Positions 13,180 to 24,359 of a stretch of 64,000 bases of DNA are shown here, one piece after another. Numbering within the stretch: the stretch's first letter is position 1; each line of letters opens with the position of its first letter. A model generated the notes under the pieces. It was given only the letters and a program-made list of their open reading frames with translations. It was not told the origin of the DNA and made no database searches. A program made the position numbers and the translations under genes. Origin of the DNA: the human T2T-CHM13v2.0 reference genome, Homo sapiens. The stretch lies in assembly GCF_009914755.1 (NCBI RefSeq), contig NC_060929.1, one strand, 5' to 3'.

Positions 13180-13283
13180 CCAGGCCCACAACTCCTCTTT
13201 CTGTAGGCACCATTGTCCCACCTCCGAGGCCTGCTTCCAGACCAAAGCTTACTTCAGGCAAACTCAGTGGGATTAATGAAATA
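13180..13283 (+). CDS. FCHO2: FCHO2 coding exon (A)[34 protein letters not shown]
   Basis: CAG acceptor, GTATGT donor; lies within ORF 13077..13304. Confidence 0.96.
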
Positions 13284-13899
13284 GTATGTACTCAGGTTTT
13301 TTAAAAATTATTTAACTGTTTTGATTTAAGATGCAAATGCTATTTTTCTATATGCCCTTTTACAGTTAATTGCTTGAAGTTTTCTACCCATGTCCTCACA
13401 GTATAGAAAAATTTTCCCAGCTAGTGCTTCCTTTACTCTTCCTTGTTACCACAGTGATCATACCTGTGAGACACGACATTGTCCAGGAGGAAAGAGATTT
13501 CCTGAGAAAGTTGGCACATTATAAAAATACCATTCAGTATCCATTGTCTCACAATAAAGAAGCGGTTTTCATATAATTCTACTTAAAGTCAAATGTTAAG
13601 GAAATAAATGGTGGCTTGTTGTTAGACCTTAAAAGTATACTGCAAGGAGGATTATGGAAGGCATCTAGCTCAGCATTTAAAATTTTACACATAAGGAAAC
13701 TGGAGTCCACATCATCCAGTTGACTTATAAAAGTACATGCATGGGTGGGAAAAGCATTGGTTTTTAAAAGTCATCAGATAGAGAAAATCTATAGACTCTA
13801 TGCAGTGAGGCTCTCCCAGTCTATTTGCCTTTGATCTGGTTTGTTTTGCTTCATCTTCTACACTAATTGCCAGTTTAATTACCAGAATTAAATTTCTAA

Positions 13900-14430
13900 G
13901 TCCAGTTTAATCTTTTTTCCCTTGATACACATTTCCAGTGGTTTCTCAGTCTGTGTGGTTGACTGTTTTAGCTGAATGTACAAGAGTCTTTATAAAGCTG
14001 CCTCAACAACCTACATTACCAGACTAACTGTCCATCTTTCTCCCCTTTTCAACCTAGGTTCCAGCCACTTGAAACTTTTCAGGGTTCCTTAAACACATCA
14101 TGGTCTTTTACATGTCCATGTCTTCTTCCTGTGCTGTATCTCAAATGCCCCTCAGTTTTCTATGTCACAAATTGACTTCTTTCTTTAAGACCTAGCTAAA
14201 CATCACCACCTAGGCAAAACCCTCTTTGATCATTCCTTCACTTATCTTCCTTATACCCAGATACTTTGCTTATATTTTTGTTAGTTCATATATCACCTTG
14301 TATGTACTTTTTGTGTGTGTGTTACCTTTACTGGGCTATTCCTTCGTCAGTCTCATATCCTCAGTACTTTGCATGATGCCTGTTGGGTGGTACACAGTTA
14401 TGAAATCTTCAGTGAATATATTGAAAAGCT
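13900..14430. mobile_element. L2 LINE fragment
   Basis: Degenerate L2 3' features (CTCAAATGCCC...AAACATCACC...ATGCCTG...AGTGAATA). Confidence 0.5.
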
Positions 14431-14779
14431 TCGGCACCAAGTATTGAAATGGTGATATCTTTCTTTTCCGAATGAACAGACTTAGTGGAAGTAAAATAAA
14501 AGACTAGGTACAAGCTGCCAAGGAGAAGGTTATTATTTAAGTAATATAGAAATTACTACATTTTAAAATACTTCATTCTCTTTTTTAAATCGTTATGACT
14601 AGAACTTTGAGTACATTCTAATAAATTGATTTTTTTTTCCTGATTGTAAAAACAGTAAATGATCGTGTTATAAAATTTGGAAAACAGAGAAAGCAGAGAA
14701 GGAAAATTATAAATTTCCTCTGTATTTCACCACCCAAAGATAACCACTGTTAACATTTTTTGGAATGCATAAGTGTTTA

Positions 14780-14980
14780 TCCAGAGGCAGTAAAATATAG
14801 TTAAAAGTACAAGCTTATTAGCCACGTATTAGCTGAGCAACATTAAACAGTTATTTAATCAGAGTTTAGTTGCCTCATGGATAAAATATGTGTAATGATA
14901 TTAGGTTGTGAGACTTAAATGAGTTAATACATGTAAAACAGAATATTGTTGAATGCAAATAGTTGCTCAAAAATTATTAA
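14780..14980. mobile_element. MIR SINE
   Basis: GCCTCATGGATAAAAT...GGTTGTGAGACTTAAATGAGTTAATACATGTAAAAC. Confidence 0.65.
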
Positions 14981-15084
14981 TTGTATAGGCATATTTTTAA
15001 ATAAAAAGTCATACTTTACATATTTCTAATTTGTTTTCTACTTGCAAATATCTTTCTATATCATGAATTATTCTTTGATTATAA

Positions 15085-15396
15085 TTTTATTTATAGAATT
15101 AGGGGATACAAGTGCAGATTTCTTACATGTATATATTGCATACTGGCAGAATCTGGGCTTTTGGTGTACCCATTAACTGAGTAGTGAATATTGTACCCAA
15201 CAGGTAATTTTTCTACCCTTACCCTTTTCCCATCCTCCCACCTTTTGTAGTCTTCACTCTCTGTTATTCCACTGTATATGTCCATGTGTAACCTTTGTTT
15301 AGCTCCCACTTATAAGTGAGAACATGAGGTATTTGACTTTCTGTTTCTGAGTTATTTCACTCAGGATAATGGCCTCCAGTTCTATCCATGTTGCTG
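15085..15396 (-). mobile_element. L1 (L1MA/L1PB-like) 3' end, antisense
   Basis: AGCTCCCACTTATAAGTGAGAACATG...GGCCTCCAGTTCTATCCATGTTGCTG. Confidence 0.9.
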
Positions 15397-16039
15397 AATG
15401 AATTATTCTTATTTCATAGTCTTCAAGCTTCTTTAAAGTGATAGAATCTTTTGCCAAATAACTTTAAATTGTAAGTATTAATATATTAAAATAAAGTGGG
15501 ACTCATAGTTGAATCCTTCACATCATCCCCATATCACCATACACTACCCTCTCCCCATCCTTGAGAGCCTTCTAGAAACCACCCTCTGAGCTTCAGGGAG
15601 CACTATTTTAAGTGGCTACAGAGTATTTCAATATGAGTGCTCTGTCTTCTACACCGTTGTCGGAATTAAATTTCTAAATGTTTTCAGAAATTTATTTGAC
15701 ATTTAGTTCCATGTTTTTGTTATTATAAACAATGTCTTAATGACTGTCCTTATGGTTTCTTAGCATTCTTTTTTAATAAAAAATTTTAAAAGTGCAATTT
15801 GTGAACTAAACTGTATGTACATTTTTAAGACTCTTGATGATTATTTCTGTATCACCCACCAGAGAGAGTATGTTGATTTAAATTTTCTCCAGCTGTACAT
15901 TGGAGTGCCTTTTCTTTTTTTTTTTTTTTTTTTGCATGCTCATATGTGCATTTTTCTGGAGAGAGCTCATAGCTTTCACCAGATGCTCAAAGGAGTCTAT
16001 AACCACATCCTCCCTACCCACTGAAAGAACCACTCATTG

Positions 16040-16232
16040 TTCTAGAGCAGGGGCACCCAACGTGCAGTACCAGATCAGTAGCATTAGCATCACCAGGGAA
16101 TTTGGTAGAAATAGTTTCTCTGGCTTCACCCCAGGCAAATTGGAAATTCAGGGGAGGGGCCAAGCAACTGTGTATTATTAACAAGCCCTCCATGCGATTC
16201 TGATGCCTGCTAATGTTTCAGAAACATTGTTT
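16040..16232. mobile_element. MER5A-like hAT-Charlie DNA transposon
   Basis: AGCATCACCAGGGAATTTGGTAGAAAT...TTAACAAGCCCTCC...GATTCTGATGC. Confidence 0.7.
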
Positions 16233-16235
16233 TAA

Positions 16236-16505
16236 AGCAATGCCGTCCAATAGAAATATAATATAAGCAACATATAATTTAAAGTTTTCTAGTAGCCACA
16301 TAGAAAAACAATGGAATTCATTGTAATATATTTTATCTGCTATATAAAAATATTATTTTAACACATTCAATATGAAAATTAATGAGATTTTACATTCCTT
16401 TTGTGTGTATGCTGTGTCTTCAAAATTTGCTCTGTATGTTATAGCACATCTCAATTTGGACTAGTCACATTTCACGTGCTATTGGCCACTGTAGTAGATA
16501 GCATA
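16236..16505. mobile_element. MER33/MER3-like hAT-Charlie element
   Basis: GTCCAATAGAAATATAAT...TTTTCTAGTAGCCACA...AGCACATCTCAATTTGGACTAG. Confidence 0.7.
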
Positions 16506-17988
16506 ATTCTAAAATTAGAGAAAACCACTTGAGAAAAGAGCTGTTTTTGCCTTTTCCTAAAAAAAATTAAAAAGGCAGTCACATTATGTTGGCCTAGAGG
16601 TTATGTTGCCATAGGAGAAATGTCCCACAGTAGTTGATCTCAAGACTTTTTCCAAGCTTGTAAGTTTCAGACTAGCTGTTGATCAGTATCTGTTCACCCC
16701 AATGTCCTGCACCACCTTGGTCTGCGTATATACACAGCTGCATTTTTAGCATCCTGCTGAGTTTTTTCAACCTATTGTCCATCATAATGAGTCATCAAAA
16801 AGCTGTACTCTGGAAAAAATAGTTAAATGGGTAGGGGGTTACAAATTGTAAAACACTTTTTGCAGTAAAATGACAGTTTTATTAAAATGTGTATCTCTAA
16901 GTTTATATTCATGCAATGAAGAATTGACTAGTGTATGAATGCAAGTAGGGTTTTGTTTTTGCCTTTTTTTCATGTTCCTCAAATAACTGAGGACAGTTAT
17001 CTTTCTTGTTCACAGCTTTGTATCTAGTACCTAATCCAGGGTCAGACACATAGTAGACACTAAATAAATATATATTTGCCTAATACTTTTATAAGCAGGA
17101 AAAGGTTTTTGTTTTTTTTTAAATGAAGACAAATACGCCTATTTTTTAAGAAAGCAAAACACCTCAGGAAGTGTTGCTACTGAATTATTGGTACAGTTAG
17201 GAATTTGGAAGGAAAAGAATCTGTTCACCAAAGTAAAAGATAAATGAATTGGAGTTATATTTTTTATATTTGTTTTATGTTTAATTAGAAAATTGGGAAG
17301 ACAACAGAATTGAGTCGCTCAAACCTTTGTATGGAGTGAGTTTTCTGAGTGAGGAAGCATTACAAGGAATTACTGAGGAAAATGTGAACAGATTTGTAAA
17401 CACCAAAAGTGTAAAGGACAAGCAATATTTAAGGAGGAAAATATTTGCAAGAAAATAAGGCAAAGGCTTAGTGAAAGCTCAGATAATACTAAAACCTCCC
17501 CAAATTACATCAACCCATTCATAAAAGTGAAGGTTTTATTATTTTCTAAATTAGCTAGAAAAAATTTTTAATCCCTTTTTCTTCTTCTGTGACTCATCCA
17601 TTTGTTTCTGGCAAGGGTGTAGAGAAATAATTTTCTTATATTTATAGTCAGGTAAAGTGAATAACCCTTTTGGGAAGCAGTTTGGGAAGAACGTTTATAC
17701 TGTTTAAACTAATTTAACTTCTGAGAATCTGTCTTAAACATACTTTTTTAAATACAGAAAAATTTTTATGCACAAAGACCTTTTTTACAGCATTATTTCA
17801 AAATAATCTTTTCAGGCTTTAGTATGTTCTTAAAAATGATATGATATATGGCATCTCTGATACTAAGTTACAAGAAACTCACACAGTAAATTTGGTTTGG
17901 TATGTTAAATTTACCTCATACTTAAAAATCTTCTCTAACAAGAGAGGTATTGTTTTAGCATTTTGATAAATAACTTTTTGTTTTTAAG

Positions 17989-18118
17989 CCCAGGCCATTC
18001 AGCCCACCTGTAACTTCCAACACCAGCCCACCTCCTGCTGCACCATTAGCCCGGGCAGAAAGTTCTTCTTCTATCTCATCATCTGCTTCATTGAGTGCTG
18101 CCAATACTCCAACAGTAG
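17989..18118 (+). CDS. FCHO2: FCHO2 coding exon [43 protein letters not shown]
   Basis: AAG acceptor, TAG|GTAAGT donor, 130 nt, phase 0-1. Confidence 0.96.
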
Positions 18119-18556
18119 GTAAGTGATTATCATCAATTACATGTGAAATGTAGTGTACAAAGTATATGTATGCTAAATATGTATATATTTTTAAATGGGC
18201 TAATGAAGAATTTAACATTATAAATTTTGTTTTTCTGGAAACACACCTGGAATTTATTAAACTGTCCATGCTTTGCTTTTCTGTTTCACAGTCTATGTTA
18301 TCTGGATAGAAGAATTTTAACTGTGGTTAGCACCGTTAAGAATGAGTTAAATTTATAAATTGCTGATCAATATAAATAGTTGAAGGCAAAACAAAATGCA
18401 GTTCTTCCTTCTGTGAACTGATAGTTGCATTTCTAAGAAAGTTTATGTTTTAAAAACAATAGTGTTTTGAAAATGATTGAATGAAAGAAAACAATTTGTG
18501 CTTGCAGTGAATTATATTTTTCCACAAGAATTTCAAGACTTAAAAATAGCTCTTAG

Positions 18557-19055
18557 GGAAGTGGTCCCCAACCTTTGGCACCAGGGACTGGTTTTGTGGA
18601 AGACAATTTTTCCATGGACTGGGGTCAAGAGGATGGTTTCAGGATGATTCAAGTGCATTACATTTATTGTGCACTTTATTTCTATTATTATTACATTGTA
18701 ATATATAATGAAATAATTATATAACTCACCATAGTGTAGAATCAGTGTGAGCCCTGAGCTTTTTGTCTTGCAACTAGTCAGTCCCATCTGGGGGTGATGG
18801 GAGACAATGGCAGATCATCAGGCATTAGATTCTCATAAGAGTGCGCAACCTAGATCCCTCACATGCACAGTTCACAATAGGGTTCTCGCTCCTATGAGAG
18901 TCTAATGCCGCTGCTGATCTGACTGGAGGCAGAGCTCAGGCTGTAATTTGAGTGATGGGGTGGGGGGCGGTTTACTTTAAATACAGATGACATTCACATT
19001 CACATTCTCCTCCTGTGCAGCTGGGTACTAGACTGTGGCCTGGGGGTTGAGGATC
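18557..19055. mobile_element. MER1A-like hAT-Charlie element
   Basis: GGTCCCCAACCTTTGGCACCAGGGACTGG...GCATTAGATTCTCATAAG. Confidence 0.85.
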
Positions 19056-19357
19056 CATGAAGCATAGCTATATGAACCTAAACCTCACCAAACAAATTCA
19101 GTATTTTACTACATCTAGACTTTGCTCAAGAGTTTTTTTGTCATCATTTCTACTCAGTTTTTTCTACAAATTCTTACTACCTTTTTCACCCATTGTTAGG
19201 ATAATAAAGCACAAAGCCACTTAGACAAAGCAGCTGTGTTGCAGGACATACAACTTCTCATAAAAATTATAACTGTACGTATTGCTGCTGGTTTAAGTAG
19301 TGATGGGTTTATTCTTGATAATGCAAATCACTGATTTTCACTAACCGAGCACTAATT

Positions 19358-19520
19358 CAGTAGTGGTCAAAGTGTGGTCCTTGGACCTGCAGCATCTGCA
19401 TAACCTGGGTACTTCTTAGAAATGCAGACTTTTAAAATCAGAAACCCTGGGAGTGGAACTAGCAGTCGTTTAATAGGCATTCCAGGTGATTCTGATGCAT
19501 GCTAAGTTTGATAACCACAG
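19358..19520. mobile_element. MER5A-like element
   Basis: CAAAGTGTGGTCC...CAGCATC...CTTAGAAATGCAGA...CCAGGTGATTCTGATGCA. Confidence 0.75.
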
Positions 19521-20227
19521 CCCTAATTAAGCTGATTTAATTCCAGTTGATTTGTCAAGGCTCACATAGGAGAAATGCAACTAGTGTGTGGCCATTGTAA
19601 AAAGACGATAAGTAATATAGGCTAGAATGAAATATAAAATGGCTTGATTTCTAAATGTCTAAACATGATGTCACCATCTTATTACCTTTGTGAACACAGC
19701 ATTTTTCCCATCTTTTAATTTTATATAAACTGAATTATGTCTAATAAGTTTGCCCTTTGGTTTAATGAATACTTCATTTTTATTTTTTGTTTGTGTGGTT
19801 TTAATTTTTTCCCACAGAATCTATATTTTAGTCCTAAAAAACCTAACTGGGACCTACTAGAAAGCAGGCAGGTGGTCTGGGTAACCTTATTTTCGCTTTA
19901 GGTTTTTTTTTTTTTTTTCCAGTTATCTTTAGATTATTCAGGAGGTTTTGTGTTTGTGATGGAAACTTTAATTTCTATTGAATTGGTACATATTAGTTTA
20001 TGGTTTGAGACATTGCTGGCAATAGGACAACCAAAAGCAGGTGACAGTGATAATACAGGCAAGGCAGGTTGTATGTGAATTTTATACAACAAAGATTTTT
20101 AAAATCTACCTAAAAAGTTCTCTTTCTTTGCCATGATTTTTCAACGCTGTGTGGATTTAAGTTTCTGATTCTCCTTGTTTCTTGAAAATATTTTCTTTTT
20201 CTGCATTATTTTATTTAAATACAATAG

Positions 20228-20287
20228 AAGATGATAATTTGATTGGGACACACACTGAAATTGAAAAGCACTGTGAGACGTCACCAG
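20228..20287 (+). CDS. FCHO2: Candidate alternative 60-nt FCHO2 cassette exon (E)DDNLIGTHTEIEKHCETSP
   Basis: TAG acceptor after T-rich tract, CAG|GTATTG donor, no stop, phase 1-1; similar to recalled SGIP1/fish Fcho2 insert EDD...E(K/R)RCETPA at the same position. Confidence 0.65.
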
Positions 20288-20447
20288 GTATTGTATCAGA
20301 AGCAAATGTATGTGTTGACTAATGGTCCTTAAGTGTATCTAAAATATTTCGTTATCCAACTTTTCCTTTTCCAGAATTGTATGATGTCTCAGAAATCAAG
20401 AATTATGCTAAGATTAACTATTTCAGTTTTGTGCTAATTCCATCAAA

Positions 20448-20518
20448 TTGCTGTACAGGATCCATTATATCAAATCCCCAACTTGCTGAATAGGATCCAT
20501 TATATCAAATCCCCAACT
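20448..20518. repeat. 35-bp tandem duplication
   Basis: AGGATCCATTATATCAAATCCCCAACT identical at 20457-20483 and 20492-20518. Confidence 0.95.
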
Positions 20519-21368
20519 ATAAAAACACGATATTTTTGCATTTTCTTCTCTGCTTTCCTCAACTCAGCTTTAAGAAATGTCAATAAATCTTAATTCTAAA
20601 GCTATCCAAATCAGGTAAGAAGTCATCCAAAAAGAATTAAAAGGAATATGTCAGTTAAAAAAAAAACCTCTAATATCTAAATTAGTAGGGCAAAGGCTGT
20701 CATATACGAAAACCATACAGATGAAGTTAGAAGCATGGAGATGATAGGAGATAGTAGGGAGTGGGTGTCTGTGTTTTATTTCTGAGCGGAAAGGAATTCT
20801 ACATAAATATCCATTGATTGTTATAAGAAGGTACCCTATACCTGTTACGTACCTCAAGTTTATAAGCTCTCTACATTTTCAAAACAAAATTATCTAAATA
20901 TGTAACAAACCAAAATTAGAAACCACAATCTACCCTTATTAAGAGAATAAATTTTTATTTCTAAGAAATTATTTATTTGGAATAATACAGTATAGTTTTA
21001 GACTTTTTAAAAGACTATTTAAGTACATATTTCCTATTCATTTTTTGAAGTATCCATGTGCAATACGATCTTGAAAGAAAAACAAAAATAGAAAATACGA
21101 AAGGGAATATGCCAACTGTTAAGTGGGTTTTGAGTTTTTCTTCAACTTTCCAATACTTTTCTCTGCTTGCCAATGTTTCAGTAATGGCATAATTTACAGG
21201 GAAGCTAGGCATAATAATTTACAGAGTCGTGTTATGTGCCCAGATTAGATTGTTGAAAAGAATATTTATGCAGGTTTCTTTTAATTTTTAGTGTCAAAGC
21301 AGTAGTAGACATTAATGTTACCATTGACTTTATATAAATATTCATTTGTGTGAGTTACTCAAGAGACA

Positions 21369-21530
21369 TTTTTTTTTTTTAATGAGACAGGGTCTCACTC
21401 CATTGTCCAGACTGAAATTCAGGGATATGATCATAGCTCACTATAAGCTCAAATTCCTGGGTTCAAGCAGTCCTCCCACCTCAGCCTCCCAAAGTACTGG
21501 AATTACAGGCATGAGCCAGTACACCTGGTC
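21369..21530 (-). mobile_element. Alu monomer (FLAM/FRAM-like), antisense
   Basis: poly(T) GAGACAGGGTCTCACT...GGAATTACAGGCATGAGCC. Confidence 0.85.
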
Positions 21531-21584
21531 AGGGAATATATTAATTTCATATTTAAGAGAGTATAATTTTAATAAAATAGTATT

Positions 21585-22260
21585 ACAATAACAAATGTTG
21601 GTGAGGATGTGGAGAAACTGGAAGGCTTGTGCACTGTTGGTGAGAATGTAAAATGGTACAGCTGCTGTGGAAAACAGTATGATTGTTCCTCGGAAAATGA
21701 AAAATGGAATTTACATATGATCCAGCAATTTTACTTCTGGGTATATACCCAAAAGAATTGAAAGCAGGACCTCAAAGAGATAGTTGTTTACTCCTGTTCG
21801 TAGCAGCACTATTCACAGCAGCCAAAAGGTAGAAGCAAGCCATGTCCATTGTTGGATGAATGGATGAGCAAAATGTGGTATATGCATACAATAGAATATT
21901 ATTCAGCCTTAAAAGGGAAAGAAATTCTAACATGCTATGATAACATGGATGAACCTTGAAGACATTGTGCTAAGTTAAATACTGTATGCTTCCACTTATA
22001 TGAGGTACTTAAAGAGTAGTCAAACTCATAGAGACAGCAAGTAGAATGGTGGTTGCCAGGGGCTGGGGAAACTGGTGGGAGTTGTTGTTTCATGGGTATA
22101 GGGTTTCCGTTTTATAAGACGAACAGAGTTATGGAGATGGATGATAGTGATTGTTGCACAGCGTTATGAATATAATTCATACCGGTGAACTGTATGCTTA
22201 AGAATGATTAAGATGGTAAATTTTATGTTAAGTTTATTTTACTACAGTTACAAAATTGGA
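21585..22260 (+). mobile_element. L1MB-like ORF2 end and 3'UTR, sense
   Basis: AACAAATGTTGGTGAGGATGTGGAGAAA...GATCCAGCAATTTTACTTCTGGGTATATACCCAAAAG. Confidence 0.9.
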
Positions 22261-24078
22261 GAGAAAAGATTATTACAGCCTTTGTCTTTTTCAGAAAATA
22301 TGTTTTCCTGAATTTCTGATGACCCTCTTGTTTAGAACAATATATTAGGGAAAAAAGTGGATTGAACTAAGTTAGATTTACAGTGAAGTTTTCCAGTGTA
22401 CAAACATATATTTTTATATTTATAATCAGTAAATGTATACTTAATCAGCTTTTTTTCACTTGATATTTTCTTGCAGCCCAAAACTAATGACACTTGATCA
22501 GGCCACTAGCTTTCACCTAACTGCTCTCACCTGATCCAAACTTGATTCCCTGCCAACAGTCATTTTTCCCTTCAATCTAGGATTTACTCTGTGTTCAGAG
22601 AGATCTTACTACATAAAAGCCTAATAATGTTTCTCTCAAACATTATCAGTGGTTTCTAGTGACAAAAGGATAAAATTAAAGGTCTTTCATACCCTAATCT
22701 GGATCATGAGCACTTTTCCAGCCTCATCTTTGTGTCTTTTTGTCACTCCAGCCTCTCCCTCACATTTTTTGTTTTGCTTCTGCTTTGCAAAACTAGTACT
22801 TGTGCTTCAAAAAGGCACCATTTTTTTTAAATGTCCCCCTAGCAAAGTGCCTGGCACATGGTGGTTAATACATAGTAGCTGTTGTGATTTCATGAATAAC
22901 TTTTTAACTGTGAAGAAGCTTCTAAATACAAATTCCTTCAAAATCTAGAATACCAAGCTAACAGAGTATCTTTTTTCACTATTTATAGCATCTCAGATTT
23001 AGTTGTGAGGCAGAAAAAGCCAGTACTGATTTTTATCAGAAATAATATTTACGGTATCTCAGAGGTAATTCATTGTTTCACTACAGGAGTCGCATCTGAA
23101 ATAAAAATGTCTGATGGCTGTTAATGTTGTGTAACATATAAGGAAAGCATATATTCAAATTTCAGAGATAAGTGTTGACCTAGATTATTTATTTTTTTCA
23201 CTAAGGATGAATAATTATAACAAACTCTCATATATTTTTATAAAATTGCATTTTATTTATTAAATGAAATGCTCCCACTTTGGAAAATCAGTAGCAGTAG
23301 CAGTAAGGCACGCAGTGGTAAGAAGAGTGCGTTTGTGAAGAAAAACAAAGGCAATGCACTATTTTGAGGGGATACTTCATTTAGGTTACATTTAAAACAA
23401 TAAACAGAAACCTGAACACTTGCATAAATTTGTTTACATTTTAATTTTGCTCTGTAGACACTGATCTTTCTCTGATTTGACTCTAAAAGGTGTCTTATCT
23501 GAGTGAACTTTGGCCAGGGTTTTTTTTTTTTAAATAATGTTATTAGTCAAGTATTTATTAGTCAAATATTGAGGCAAAGTAATGTGGGAATACAATACAA
23601 GCATCAGACAAAGAGGAGGTTAAAGAGAATTATAATAATAATGAGTAGTGTATGAAACATTACTACTTGGATAGAAAAACTTAAATACAAAAATCCTAAA
23701 TTGGCCTTAAATAATGCCCTGAAGTATATGATTGATAGAACCTGGAGGAATTTGGTATTTGAATGTTTTTGAAGCCAATATTTTTGAAATTTTAGCTGTT
23801 TAGTCAAGGGCTTTTTTATTCTGACATTCCTTAACCATTCTGTCTTTCCATTTAAAAGAAATGTCTGTGTGACATGTCTTCCTGGTTTTTTTTTGTCCTT
23901 TGTATTAATGCTCCAGTTTGTTTTATACTATATTTCTTAGCCCCCAGATTTATCATGGGACATCACTGAAACCAGTGGTAGGGTCGTTTGTGACAGCCTA
24001 ACAATGTGAATCTAACTATCTTGATATTTAATTTATGTCTTTCTGAAGGATTTAACAAGTTAATTGTGTATATTCTAG

Positions 24079-24190
24079 GTGTGTCACGGGGTCCCAGCCC
24101 TGTCAGCCTTGGAAATCAGGATACCTTACCTGTGGCAGTTGCCCTTACAGAATCTGTTAATGCCTACTTTAAAGGAGCAGATCCCACCAA
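24079..24190 (+). CDS. FCHO2: FCHO2 coding exon (G)[36 protein letters not shown], start of the mu-homology domain
   Basis: TAG acceptor, GTTAGT donor; lies within ORF 24006..24272. Confidence 0.96.
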
Positions 24191-24359
24191 GTTAGTTTTT
24201 AAAATATATGCATGTATGTGTATGTATGTGTGTTGGGTGGAGGAGGTGGTGGGGTTTGGTGGTAAATTTTAAGAATTACATTTTGATTCTGTGTAGATTA
24301 CAGTTTTCTGTTGTTTATTTACCTGCTTTTTTGCTATCTAAGGTAGTCATTTGATGATT

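Noticed and set aside
13181-13183. Second CAG 4 nt after the acceptor
   Set aside because: Would shift the frame; no evidence of use
17955-18269. 104-aa minus-strand ORF
   Set aside because: Antisense shadow of the Ser/Pro-rich FCHO2 exon
23827-23835. Perfect U12 branch consensus TTCCTTAAC
   Set aside because: About 240 nt from the acceptor in a GTAAGT-AG U2 intron with no U12 donor
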